Of a stretch of 64,000 nucleotides of DNA, positions 56,429 through 64,000 are shown piece by piece; position 1 is the first letter of the stretch; each line of letters opens with the position of its first letter. The notes beneath the pieces are model-generated. The model did not search any database. It was not told where the DNA came from and saw only the letters and a list, made by a program, of their open reading frames with translations. A program made the translations under genes and the position numbers. Source of the stretch: Chthoniobacterales bacterium (lineage in GTDB: Bacteria > Verrucomicrobiota > Verrucomicrobiia > Chthoniobacterales > Chthoniobacteraceae); assembly GCA_038207335.1 (NCBI GenBank), contig JBBQZX010000005.1, forward strand, positions 1-64,000. Reading direction: 5' to 3'.

Positions 56429-57175
56429 ATGTTCAACCTCATCCGCAAGAAGCTGCTCGCCGCCGCGCAATCCGCGATGCGCGAGATGACGTGCCCGAAT
56501 TGCAAACACCGGTTCAAACCGTTCGCGGATCACGAGGCGCGGACCTTCACCGAGCTGAGCACGATTGCATGCCCGAAGTGCGGCAAGACGTTCTCTTTCT
56601 CCGAATCGACCGACGCGCAAAAGTCCCCACAACCCGACCCGGACCAACCGCTCTCGCAGCCGCCCGGCTCCCGCATCGAGCGACGCCCCGTCTCCGCGAC
56701 AGAGCTGCTTTTCTACGTCCCCGCGAGTGGCCGCTGGGGCTTCATGCTTTTCTTCGCGATCTTCTGGAACCTGATCTCGTGGACCGTTTTCCTCGCCTTC
56801 GTTTTCGGCAGGCACAAGGGCGTGGTCGAAATCGCGCCGATCTTTTTCAGCAGCCTTTTCCCTGCCATTGGAATTGCTCTCGCCTACGTCGCCATCCGCG
56901 GGAAATACGCCACGCACCTTCTTTTTCTCGGCCCGGAATTCGTCCGCCTCCAGCGCGCACTCTTCCGCCGCAAGAACTACGACCTGCCGACCGCGGAGAT
57001 CGTGCATGTGAAAAAGGCGGAGTTCTATCAGCAGAATTATCAGCCCGTGTACGGCATCGAGATCGGCGCGGGACGGCGGAAAATCCGCTTCGGCAGCGCG
57101 CTGACCGAGCTGGAGAAAGATTGGCTCTGCTGGGAAATCCGCGCATTTCTGCGTGAGCAGGGAGCACCCGTTTGA
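56429..57175 (+). CDS. Hypothetical membrane protein with an N-terminal zinc ribbon
   Basis: CPNC...CPKC, two TM segments, soluble C-terminal domain; its stop overlaps the next TTG start. Confidence 0.8.
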   Translation: MFNLIRKKLLAAAQSAMREMTCPNCKHRFKPFADHEARTFTELSTIACPKCGKTFSFSESTDAQKSPQPDPDQPLSQPPGSRIERRPVSATELLFYVPASGRWGFMLFFAIFWNLISWTVFLAFVFGRHKGVVEIAPIFFSSLFPAIGIALAYVAIRGKYATHLLFLGPEFVRLQRALFRRKNYDLPTAEIVHVKKAEFYQQNYQPVYGIEIGAGRRKIRFGSALTELEKDWLCWEIRAFLREQGAPV

Positions 57176-58089
57176 AGACCGCATTCGTCCTCGGCGCGGG
57201 ACTCGGCACGCGGCTGAAAACACTCACGCAGCAGCGACCCAAACCGCTCATCCCGGTCGCGAACAAACCGCTCATCACGTATGCCTTCGACCACCTGCTC
57301 GGCGCGGGCGTCGAGCGTTTCGTCGTGAACACCCACTGGCGCGCGGAGGCTTATGCCACGGCCTTTCCCGGGCAATCGTATCTCGGCGCGCCTATCGCTT
57401 TCAGCCACGAGTTCCCCGAAGTCCTCGAGACCGCCGGCGGCATCAAGCACGCCGAAAAGCTCATCGGTCGCGAGCCTTTCATCGGCTACAACGGTGACAT
57501 CCTGACAGACCTCCCGCTCGAGTCCGCGCTCTGCGCCCACCACGATGCCGGCAACGAAATCACGATGGTTCTCCGCTCGAAGGATGGCCCGCTCCAGGTC
57601 TCGCTCGACCACGCCAACGGACGCATTACCGACATCGGCAAACGCATCTATCCCGCCAGCGACGCGCGCTTTCTTTTCACGGGCATTTACCTCATCGAGC
57701 CCGCGTTTTTCTCCCGCATCCCCGCAGGCGAAAAACTCAGCGTCATCCCGCTCTTTTTGGAAATGATCCGCACCGGCGCGCGTCTCGGCGGCATCGTGAT
57801 TGACGACGGAAATTGGTGGGACCTCGGCACCCGCGAGCAATACCTCGCAGTCCACGCCCATCTCGACGCGGGCAAAAGCTGGATCGCCGAAACAGCGCAA
57901 ATCGACCCGTCCGCGCAAATCACCGGATCGACGGCAATCGGCTCTGGCACAAAGATCGGAGCCCACGCGAGCCTGCAAAACTGCATCGTTTGGGAAGGTG
58001 CAGAAATCGCGCCCGGCAGCCTGCTGAACGACTGCATCGTCACCGCAGGGTCGCGTGTGAGTGGCATTCACTCGCATGCCGATCTGTAA
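57172..58089 (+). CDS. Sugar-phosphate nucleotidyltransferase (MurU-like) with a short hexapeptide tail
   Basis: AFVLGAGLGTRLKTLTQQRPKPLIPV, VNTHW, LETAGGI, NGDILTD, FTGIY, WWDLGT. Confidence 0.9.
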   Translation: MKTAFVLGAGLGTRLKTLTQQRPKPLIPVANKPLITYAFDHLLGAGVERFVVNTHWRAEAYATAFPGQSYLGAPIAFSHEFPEVLETAGGIKHAEKLIGREPFIGYNGDILTDLPLESALCAHHDAGNEITMVLRSKDGPLQVSLDHANGRITDIGKRIYPASDARFLFTGIYLIEPAFFSRIPAGEKLSVIPLFLEMIRTGARLGGIVIDDGNWWDLGTREQYLAVHAHLDAGKSWIAETAQIDPSAQITGSTAIGSGTKIGAHASLQNCIVWEGAEIAPGSLLNDCIVTAGSRVSGIHSHADL

Positions 58090-58107
58090 CGCGACGGGCT
58101 CTTTTTT

Positions 58108-58168
58108 AAGCAGAAAAACAAGAAAGCAGGAAAGAGAGGCGAACGCTCCAATTCCTGCTTTCCTACTT
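58108..58168. repeat. Inverted 9-mer-based (GCAGGAAAG) intergenic repeat
   Basis: AAGCAGAAAAACAAGAAAGCAGGAAAG ... TTCCTGCTTTCCTACTT; 11-bp perfect arms GAAAGCAGGAA/TTCCTGCTTTC. Confidence 0.55.
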
Positions 58169-58181
58169 CACTCCGACCCAC

Positions 58182-59165
58182 ATGACCGACCTCCTTCTCG
58201 AACAAACCTGTTCACGTTTTCCGCAGCTCGACGGCAAACACGCGCGCGTCCACGCGCTCGAGAAGGGCGGCTCCGACCGCAAATTTTACCGCATCGCCGT
58301 CGCCGACGGCGCATCGCTGATCCTCGCGAAATACGGCAGCCAGCGTGAGGAAAACCGGCACTACGTTGCCATCGCGCGCTTCCTCACGGGGCTCGGAGTT
58401 CGCGTGCCGGAGATTTTCTTTCACGATGAAAAGGAGGGGCTCATCTGGATGGAAGACCTCGGCGACCGCGACCTCTGGAGCTACCGCAACGAGCCGTGGC
58501 CGGAGCGTCAATCCTTGTACCAGAGCGCGCTCGACGAACTTCTCACGCTCCACACACGTGCCCACGCGGCACACGACGGCGAGGCGCCCGCGCTGCAGGC
58601 GGAGTTCAACGCCGACCTCTACCGGTGGGAGCAAAATTATTTTTTCGACCACTGCCTTGCGGGTCATTTCAACCTCGATCCCGACACGCTTGCCGAGCAG
58701 TGCGACCGCGAGCGTCTCGATGAAATCGCGACCCATCTCGCCGAGCTGCCGCGGGTCTTCGTGCATCGCGATTTCCAGTCACAGAACATCGTGATCAAGG
58801 ACGGCTCCGCTTGCTTCATCGACTTTCAAGGGATGCGCCCCGGGCTCGCGCAATACGACGTCGCCTCGCTCCTCCTCGACCCGTACGTAGCACTCACCTC
58901 GACGGAGCGCGACGAACTGCTCGCCTATTATTTGCGCGGCCTGCGCGAACTGGGCATCGAGCCCGCGCCCGATTTTGCGGAAACGCTCGACCTCTGCGCG
59001 ATGCAGCGCCTCATGCAGGCGCTCGGCGCTTACGGCTTTCTCGGCCATGTGAAAGAGCGCGCCGACTTCCTCGCGCACATCCCCGCTGCCCTCGCGAATC
59101 TCCGCACCGTCGTCGCGCGAATCCCCGGCCTGGAAAACCTCCCGCGCATCCTCGCGCGGCTGTAG
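58182..59165 (+). CDS. APH-family phosphotransferase (AmgK-like anomeric sugar kinase)
   Basis: GGSDRKFYRI, MEDLGD, VHRDFQSQNI, IDFQG, YDVASLLLDPY, QRLMQALGAYGFL; adjacent to the MurU-like gene. Confidence 0.88.
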   Translation: MTDLLLEQTCSRFPQLDGKHARVHALEKGGSDRKFYRIAVADGASLILAKYGSQREENRHYVAIARFLTGLGVRVPEIFFHDEKEGLIWMEDLGDRDLWSYRNEPWPERQSLYQSALDELLTLHTRAHAAHDGEAPALQAEFNADLYRWEQNYFFDHCLAGHFNLDPDTLAEQCDRERLDEIATHLAELPRVFVHRDFQSQNIVIKDGSACFIDFQGMRPGLAQYDVASLLLDPYVALTSTERDELLAYYLRGLRELGIEPAPDFAETLDLCAMQRLMQALGAYGFLGHVKERADFLAHIPAALANLRTVVARIPGLENLPRILARL

Positions 59166-59177
59166 TGCCAGGAGCCG

Positions 59178-60173
59178 CTACTCCGCCTTCGGGTCGCGCG
59201 TGAGCAACGCGTTGAGCGCCTCTTTCGCCGAAGTCGCGCCGTCGAGCAGCGCGCGCATTTGATCGACGATCGGCGTCTCGATGCCGAAACGCCGCGCGCA
59301 CTCGAAGGCGCTGTGTGTCGTCGGCACGCCTTCGGCCACCATGTTCATCGACGCCACGATCGCGCCGAGCGACTCGCCGCGGCCGAGCCTTTCACCAACC
59401 GCGCGATTGCGGCTGTGCTGGCTGAAGCAAGTCACCATCAGGTCTCCCAGCCCACTCAGCCCGTGGAAAGTCTCGCGCCGGCCGCCGAGGGCGGTGCCGA
59501 GGCGGATCAATTCGGGCAGAGCACGCGTGACCAAAGCAGCCTTGGAATTGTCGCCGAGTCCCAGCCCATCGCTCACGCCGGCCGCGATGGCGAAGATGTT
59601 TTTCAACGCGCCGCCAAGCTCGATCCCTGCGACGTCGTCGCTCGTGTAGGCACGGAGCGACGGTGTGGAAAATGAGTGCTGGAGCCGTTTCGCGAGCGCT
59701 TCATCCGCGCAGCCGAGGACGATCGCAGTCGGCATTTTGCGCGCGACTTCCTCCGCATGGCTCGGTCCGGAGAGGACGGCGACTGGATTGCGCGGCAGGC
59801 ATTCCGCGAGGATTTCGCTCATCCGCAGCCCGCTGCCGCGCTCCACGCCTTTCGTGCAGGAAAGCAGCACCGCATCGCCCCGCAGCGAGGTCGTCGAGAG
59901 CCGCGCGCCGACCTCGCGCATCGCCCACGACGGCGTGACGAGGAGCACGAGATCGCACTCCGCGAGCGCGTCGAGTTCCGATGTAAAACGCACCCCTTCC
60001 GGCAGCGCGACCCCCGGCAGATACGCGCCATTTTCACCCGCCGCCGCGACCGCCGCGACATGCCGCGCATCGTGCCCCCAGACCGTGACGGGCAGTCCCT
60101 GTTCCCGCAAAACAAGCGCCAGAGCCGTCCCCCAGCTCCCAGCTCCGATGATGCCGACATTTTGAAAACTCAT
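59178..60173 (-). CDS. gpsA: NAD(P)H-dependent glycerol-3-phosphate dehydrogenase
   Basis: Start trimmed to ATG 60173; IIGAGSWGTALA, SCTKGVE, LSGPSHAEEV, ELGGALKN, GLGDLMVTCFSQHSRN, VAEGV. Confidence 0.97.
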   Translation of the reverse strand: MSFQNVGIIGAGSWGTALALVLREQGLPVTVWGHDARHVAAVAAAGENGAYLPGVALPEGVRFTSELDALAECDLVLLVTPSWAMREVGARLSTTSLRGDAVLLSCTKGVERGSGLRMSEILAECLPRNPVAVLSGPSHAEEVARKMPTAIVLGCADEALAKRLQHSFSTPSLRAYTSDDVAGIELGGALKNIFAIAAGVSDGLGLGDNSKAALVTRALPELIRLGTALGGRRETFHGLSGLGDLMVTCFSQHSRNRAVGERLGRGESLGAIVASMNMVAEGVPTTHSAFECARRFGIETPIVDQMRALLDGATSAKEALNALLTRDPKAE

Positions 60174-60227
60174 GAGCGCTTCAATACCCGAGCCATGGGA
60201 TTCGCGCTTGTAAAGACTGCGCCTGCC

Positions 60228-63200
60228 ATGAGCCTGTCCGACCGTTCTTTTATGATAGTCTCCACTCTCCTCCTCCGCGCGGCGCTCGTGATCGCCGGGT
60301 TCACTGCGCTGGGTGTAAGCCCGCTCAGGGCGCAGACCGTCTCGACGTGGAAAGGCGGGGATGGAAACTGGAGCGACGGGACGAAGTGGACCGGCGGCAT
60401 CCCGAATAGCCCGAGCACCGAGGCGCGCGTGGATGGCGGGAATGCCGCGGCTTCCACCGTGACTCTCGACGGCAGCTTCACCGTCGGCGCGCTCACGCTT
60501 TCGGATCATTTCATCGTCGCGGATGGCAGCACGCTGACCATCGATTCGACGGCGGGCTTCGCGGGAGCTGGCACGCTCGGCGGCGTGTCGGGCGGCTATG
60601 CGGAGTTCACTGCGAGCGGGAATCCGACGCGCCTTTTCGTCATCGGCGACGTGGTGGTCACGCGTTTCATCACGGGCAATGGGAACGCGAATACGATCAT
60701 TACCGGCGCGTCCGGTGCGCGCCTGACGCTCGACGATTTCCAGACTTCCGGCTTTGCCGTGATCGGCGACGGGAAGCTCAATATCGTGAACAAAGCCGCG
60801 CTCTATCCAGGAGCCGCGACCACGGTCGTGATCGAGCCACTGTCGACTTTCGAGCAGACGAGCACGGGCATCATGAGCCTCGCGAAAGGCACGATGCGGC
60901 TGGCGGGCAATGGCGCATTCACGATCGCGGGCACCGTCTCGGTCTACAACAATTTCGGAAACGGCCCCGGGCTTTTCACCCGCGATGCGAGCAGCACGCT
61001 GACGAATTTTGACGCAGTCACAAAGACGCTCACGGGCGGCTCATGGCGGGCGCTGGCGCTGAATAACTCGGCAACTATCCAGCTCAATGTCGGCCCGATT
61101 TTGATCAATAACGCCGCGATCGAACTCGGTCTCGGCGCGGTCTTCAGCGGGCTCGAGGCGCTGCAGAGCAATGTCGGCTCGCTGACGCTGAACGCCGAGC
61201 CCTTCACGACTGCGGGCGCATTCAGCAACTCCGGGACGCTCTCGGTCGCCAACGGCGGTTTTACTGCGACTGGCCCGCTGACCAACACGGGCAGCATCGA
61301 GCTCTCCAGCTTTAACAACTCGGGCTCACTCACGCTGATGCAGGGCATGACCCAGACGGCGGGCAGCCTGAAGCTCGGCGGCACGACCGCGCTCAATTCG
61401 CCGGTCACAATCGGCGCGGGATTCCAAATGGCGATCAGTGGCGGGCGGCTCGAAGGCGGCGCGAGCGTGTCGGGCCAGGTCGTCAGTGACGCGGTGATTT
61501 CGCCTTTCACAAGGTATGGGCAATTTACCGGGCTGACGATCAACAACGGCAGCCTGACATTGACGGGCAATTCCGCGCTCGAGCTCCGCGCAGGCGTGCT
61601 GAACCAGTTCAATCGCCGCAATGACAGCGTGACCGTGAACGGCCCGGTCGCACTCGCGGGTCGGCTCGTGCTCCGGCTCGGTTCGCTCTCGCAGCCGCCG
61701 GATGGGACGGCGACTTTCACCGTGCTGAGCTCCACGGCGCTCAGCGGCGTTTTTGCGAATGTCTCCAATGGCGAGCGCCTGCGCACGGCCGATGCCGCGG
61801 GCAGCTTTCTGGTGAGTTTCGGCCCCGGTGCTGCAAATCCCAACGCCGTCGTGCTCAGCGATTTTGTGCTCGCGCCGCCGCGCATCCTGGGTCGCCAAGT
61901 GCCGGGAGAGCCGGAGGGCACGGTCTTCGGGAGCTTCGGCGCGCCGACCGCGGGGCCATTCGACGGGTCGATCAAAGTCGGCAAGGTAAAGGTGGCCGCG
62001 CTCTTCGCCGGTGATGGCAGCGTGCGGGTGCGCGTCGGTCAGGAGTCGCCCATCGCAGGCGCGAACTTTGCGAAACTGAGCCCGCCCAGCGGCGACGCGG
62101 CGCTCGCCACGATCGGAGGCGCGTCTGGCACCGTGCCGAAAGGGACGGAGAGTGTCCTGCTCGCGGGACTCACGGAAGGCCCGGTGCGCATCGCCGCGCG
62201 CACGGGCACGGAGCTCACCGATCTGCCCGGCGTGACGATCAAGAAATTCGGCACGATCGACGGCAATGGCAGCGTGATCTTTTTCCTCGCCACGCTCAAC
62301 GGCGGCGATCTGGACGGACGCGCAGCCCTCTGCGCCGCATCGCCCGATGGCCGCGTGCGCGTGCTCGTGAGCGTCGGCGAGTCCATCGGCGGAAGCACGG
62401 TCAAGACCATCGCGACGCTCGTCGGCGTGAAAGGCGAACTCCCCGAAGGCCGCTGGCGGGCCGGCGACGCCGCTTTCCTTGCCCGGCTCACACTCGCCGA
62501 CAAATCGCAGGCGCTCTATTTTCTCGCCGCCTCAGCCAACCCGGGGACGATCCAGCCATCGCGGATTTTTGGCGTCGGCGACATGCTGCAGGCGCCGCTC
62601 GCAGGCGCTGTCATCTCAGGGATCGGTCTGCCCGCGTATCCGGCAAAGCGTCTGCAACTGAAGATCGGTGCTGGCGGTGTGACGAAAAAGGACGACGTCG
62701 CGATTCTCCGGCCCGTCAGCGATTTCGGCGATTTCGTCCTTGCGCGGGAAGGCCAAGCCGCGCCGGGAATTGCAGGTGCGACTTTCAAAACTCTCAGCGA
62801 ACCCGTGCAGGGTCTCTACGGCGGCACGGCATTTACCGCGACGCTCGCTGGGGTCAAAAATGGCGCCTCCATCTGGTGGGCCGCGCCCTTCGCCGAGACC
62901 GCGACGCTGCTGGCTCGCGCCGGTGCCGGAGCCCCCGGCGGGGGGCAGTTTGCCACATTCGGCACGCTGGTTGCACCGGATGGCAATGGCGACGGCACCC
63001 TTTTCACGGCCAAACTCAAGCCTAACAAAGCCGCTGCGATTTCATCAAAAAACAACACTGGCCTCTGGGCGTCCGATAGCCAGGGCGTGGTGAGTCGGCT
63101 GCTCATCGCGGGCCAGACCGTCCAGCTCGGCGGCCAGCCGTATGTGCTGAAAAGCTTCGTCGCGCTCGTTCCTGCGAAAGGTTCGATCGGAGCCGCGCGC

Positions 63201-63302
63201 GGCTACGACACCGCGGGCCGCGCCACCGTGCTCGGTAAACTGGTGGACGCAGCGACCGGCAAGGAAAAGGTGACGGCGCTCCTCGACGTGGTGCGCCCCT
63301 GA
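60228..63302 (+). CDS. Large secreted protein: passenger/beta-helix-like N-terminal half plus a repeated C-terminal domain
   Basis: Signal peptide then WKGGDGNWSDGTKW; Gly/Thr/Asn-rich strands; C-terminal half has recurring 'PG..G..F..(F/L)..P' units. Start at 60228 or 60252. Confidence 0.8.
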   Translation: MSLSDRSFMIVSTLLLRAALVIAGFTALGVSPLRAQTVSTWKGGDGNWSDGTKWTGGIPNSPSTEARVDGGNAAASTVTLDGSFTVGALTLSDHFIVADGSTLTIDSTAGFAGAGTLGGVSGGYAEFTASGNPTRLFVIGDVVVTRFITGNGNANTIITGASGARLTLDDFQTSGFAVIGDGKLNIVNKAALYPGAATTVVIEPLSTFEQTSTGIMSLAKGTMRLAGNGAFTIAGTVSVYNNFGNGPGLFTRDASSTLTNFDAVTKTLTGGSWRALALNNSATIQLNVGPILINNAAIELGLGAVFSGLEALQSNVGSLTLNAEPFTTAGAFSNSGTLSVANGGFTATGPLTNTGSIELSSFNNSGSLTLMQGMTQTAGSLKLGGTTALNSPVTIGAGFQMAISGGRLEGGASVSGQVVSDAVISPFTRYGQFTGLTINNGSLTLTGNSALELRAGVLNQFNRRNDSVTVNGPVALAGRLVLRLGSLSQPPDGTATFTVLSSTALSGVFANVSNGERLRTADAAGSFLVSFGPGAANPNAVVLSDFVLAPPRILGRQVPGEPEGTVFGSFGAPTAGPFDGSIKVGKVKVAALFAGDGSVRVRVGQESPIAGANFAKLSPPSGDAALATIGGASGTVPKGTESVLLAGLTEGPVRIAARTGTELTDLPGVTIKKFGTIDGNGSVIFFLATLNGGDLDGRAALCAASPDGRVRVLVSVGESIGGSTVKTIATLVGVKGELPEGRWRAGDAAFLARLTLADKSQALYFLAASANPGTIQPSRIFGVGDMLQAPLAGAVISGIGLPAYPAKRLQLKIGAGGVTKKDDVAILRPVSDFGDFVLAREGQAAPGIAGATFKTLSEPVQGLYGGTAFTATLAGVKNGASIWWAAPFAETATLLARAGAGAPGGGQFATFGTLVAPDGNGDGTLFTAKLKPNKAAAISSKNNTGLWASDSQGVVSRLLIAGQTVQLGGQPYVLKSFVALVPAKGSIGAARGYDTAGRATVLGKLVDAATGKEKVTALLDVVRP

Positions 63303-63321
63303 CGCCCGCCGGCGGCGGGCG
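63303..63321. terminator. GC hairpin between convergent genes (no U tract)
   Basis: CGCCCGCC-GGC-GGCGGGCG directly after the stop at 63302. Confidence 0.35.
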
Positions 63322-63363
63322 ATATCGAGCCCACTCGCGCGCGACACTTCTAAAATTCTTCGT

Positions 63364-64000
63364 TCAATTCGGCCCGTGAATCGGCGGCGGAACAGGTTCG
63401 GGCTTCGGGATGCCGAAGCGGTTTTCCGTGCCGGTGCGGAGGCGGAGGATGTTTTCGCGGTGGCGGCGGACGACGAGGAGGGCGGCTGCGAGGGCGAAGT
63501 AGAAATTGGCCCAGCCGTGGCAGAGATTCAGGAAAAGGAGAACGACGACGGTGAGCGGAAAGGCCACGGCGGCGACGATGGATGCGAGCGAGACGTAGCG
63601 GGTGATTTTGAAAACGATGCCCCAGATAATGAAGATGATGAGCGCGGCGAGCGGCACCATGCCGATGATGACGCCGAGCGACGTGGCGACGCCTTTGCCG
63701 CCCTTGAAGCGCAGCCAGATTGGAAAATTGTGCCCTGCGATGCAGCCGATCGCGGCGGTGATGCCAGCGAATGCGGTGTCCTGAAATGCGCCGGGCGTGT
63801 GGCGCGCGATCCAGAAGCCGAGCAGCACGGCGACCGTGCCTTTCAGCGCGTCGCAGAGGAAGGTCGGGAGACCCCACTTTTTGCCGAGTACTCGCCAGAC
63901 ATTCGTGGCGCCGATGTTTTTGCTGCCGTGCTCGCGGACGTCGATGCCAGCAGCTTTCCCGGCCAGGTAGCCAAAGGGGATCGAGCCGAGCAGATAGCCG
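63364..64000 (-). CDS. plsY: Glycerol-3-phosphate acyltransferase PlsY (5' end outside the window)
   Basis: GYLLGSIPFGY..DVREHGSKNIGATNVWR..DALKG, GHNFPIWLRFKGGKGVATSLG, TRYVSLASI, RHRENILRL. Confidence 0.96.
   Translation of the reverse strand, partial: GYLLGSIPFGYLAGKAAGIDVREHGSKNIGATNVWRVLGKKWGLPTFLCDALKGTVAVLLGFWIARHTPGAFQDTAFAGITAAIGCIAGHNFPIWLRFKGGKGVATSLGVIIGMVPLAALIIFIIWGIVFKITRYVSLASIVAAVAFPLTVVVLLFLNLCHGWANFYFALAAALLVVRRHRENILRLRTGTENRFGIPKPEPVPPPIHGPN

Noticed and set aside
60228..63302. TpsA partner or classical autotransporter
   Set aside because: No TPS secretion-domain motif (NPNG-like) near the N-terminus and no C-terminal beta-barrel signature visible; it is 31 kb from the tpsB-like gene.

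Overview
GC-rich bacterial chromosomal segment. The gene content (PEP-CTERM protein, several PQQ/BamB-like beta-propellers, GTP-type PEPCK, few Shine-Dalgarno sites) suggests a PVC-superphylum organism, probably Verrucomicrobia; this is inference. Housekeeping blocks: carB (partial), recC-recB-recD, hemB/coaX, sppA-CPBP-thiL-tsaE, mntR/mntH-USP, pckG, murU/amgK-like, gpsA and plsY (partial). The most striking element is an ~8.5 kb block (26.5-35.0 kb). It holds an orphan PhoB/OmpR-type regulator followed by TpsB(ShlB/FhaC), a DUF2341/LamG/ExbB fusion, ExbD, TonB, a putative porin and a coiled-coil protein. Both promoters carry 11-bp-periodic PHO-box-like repeats, REP-like palindromes lie at both edges, and there is no TpsA cargo gene. 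Other notable items: a translationally coupled operon around a REC-pseudokinase-TM-FGE protein, a 21-bp-periodic array filling an intergenic gap, an unannotated 27-aa basic peptide gene, remnants of an ATP-dependent DNA ligase and an FnIII gene beside recBCD, repeated near-leaderless sigma70 promoters, and a 3-kb secreted-protein gene lying antisense between plsY and gpsA. No rRNA, tRNA, CRISPR or intact transposase was recognised. All family assignments come from motif recognition by eye, not from database searches.
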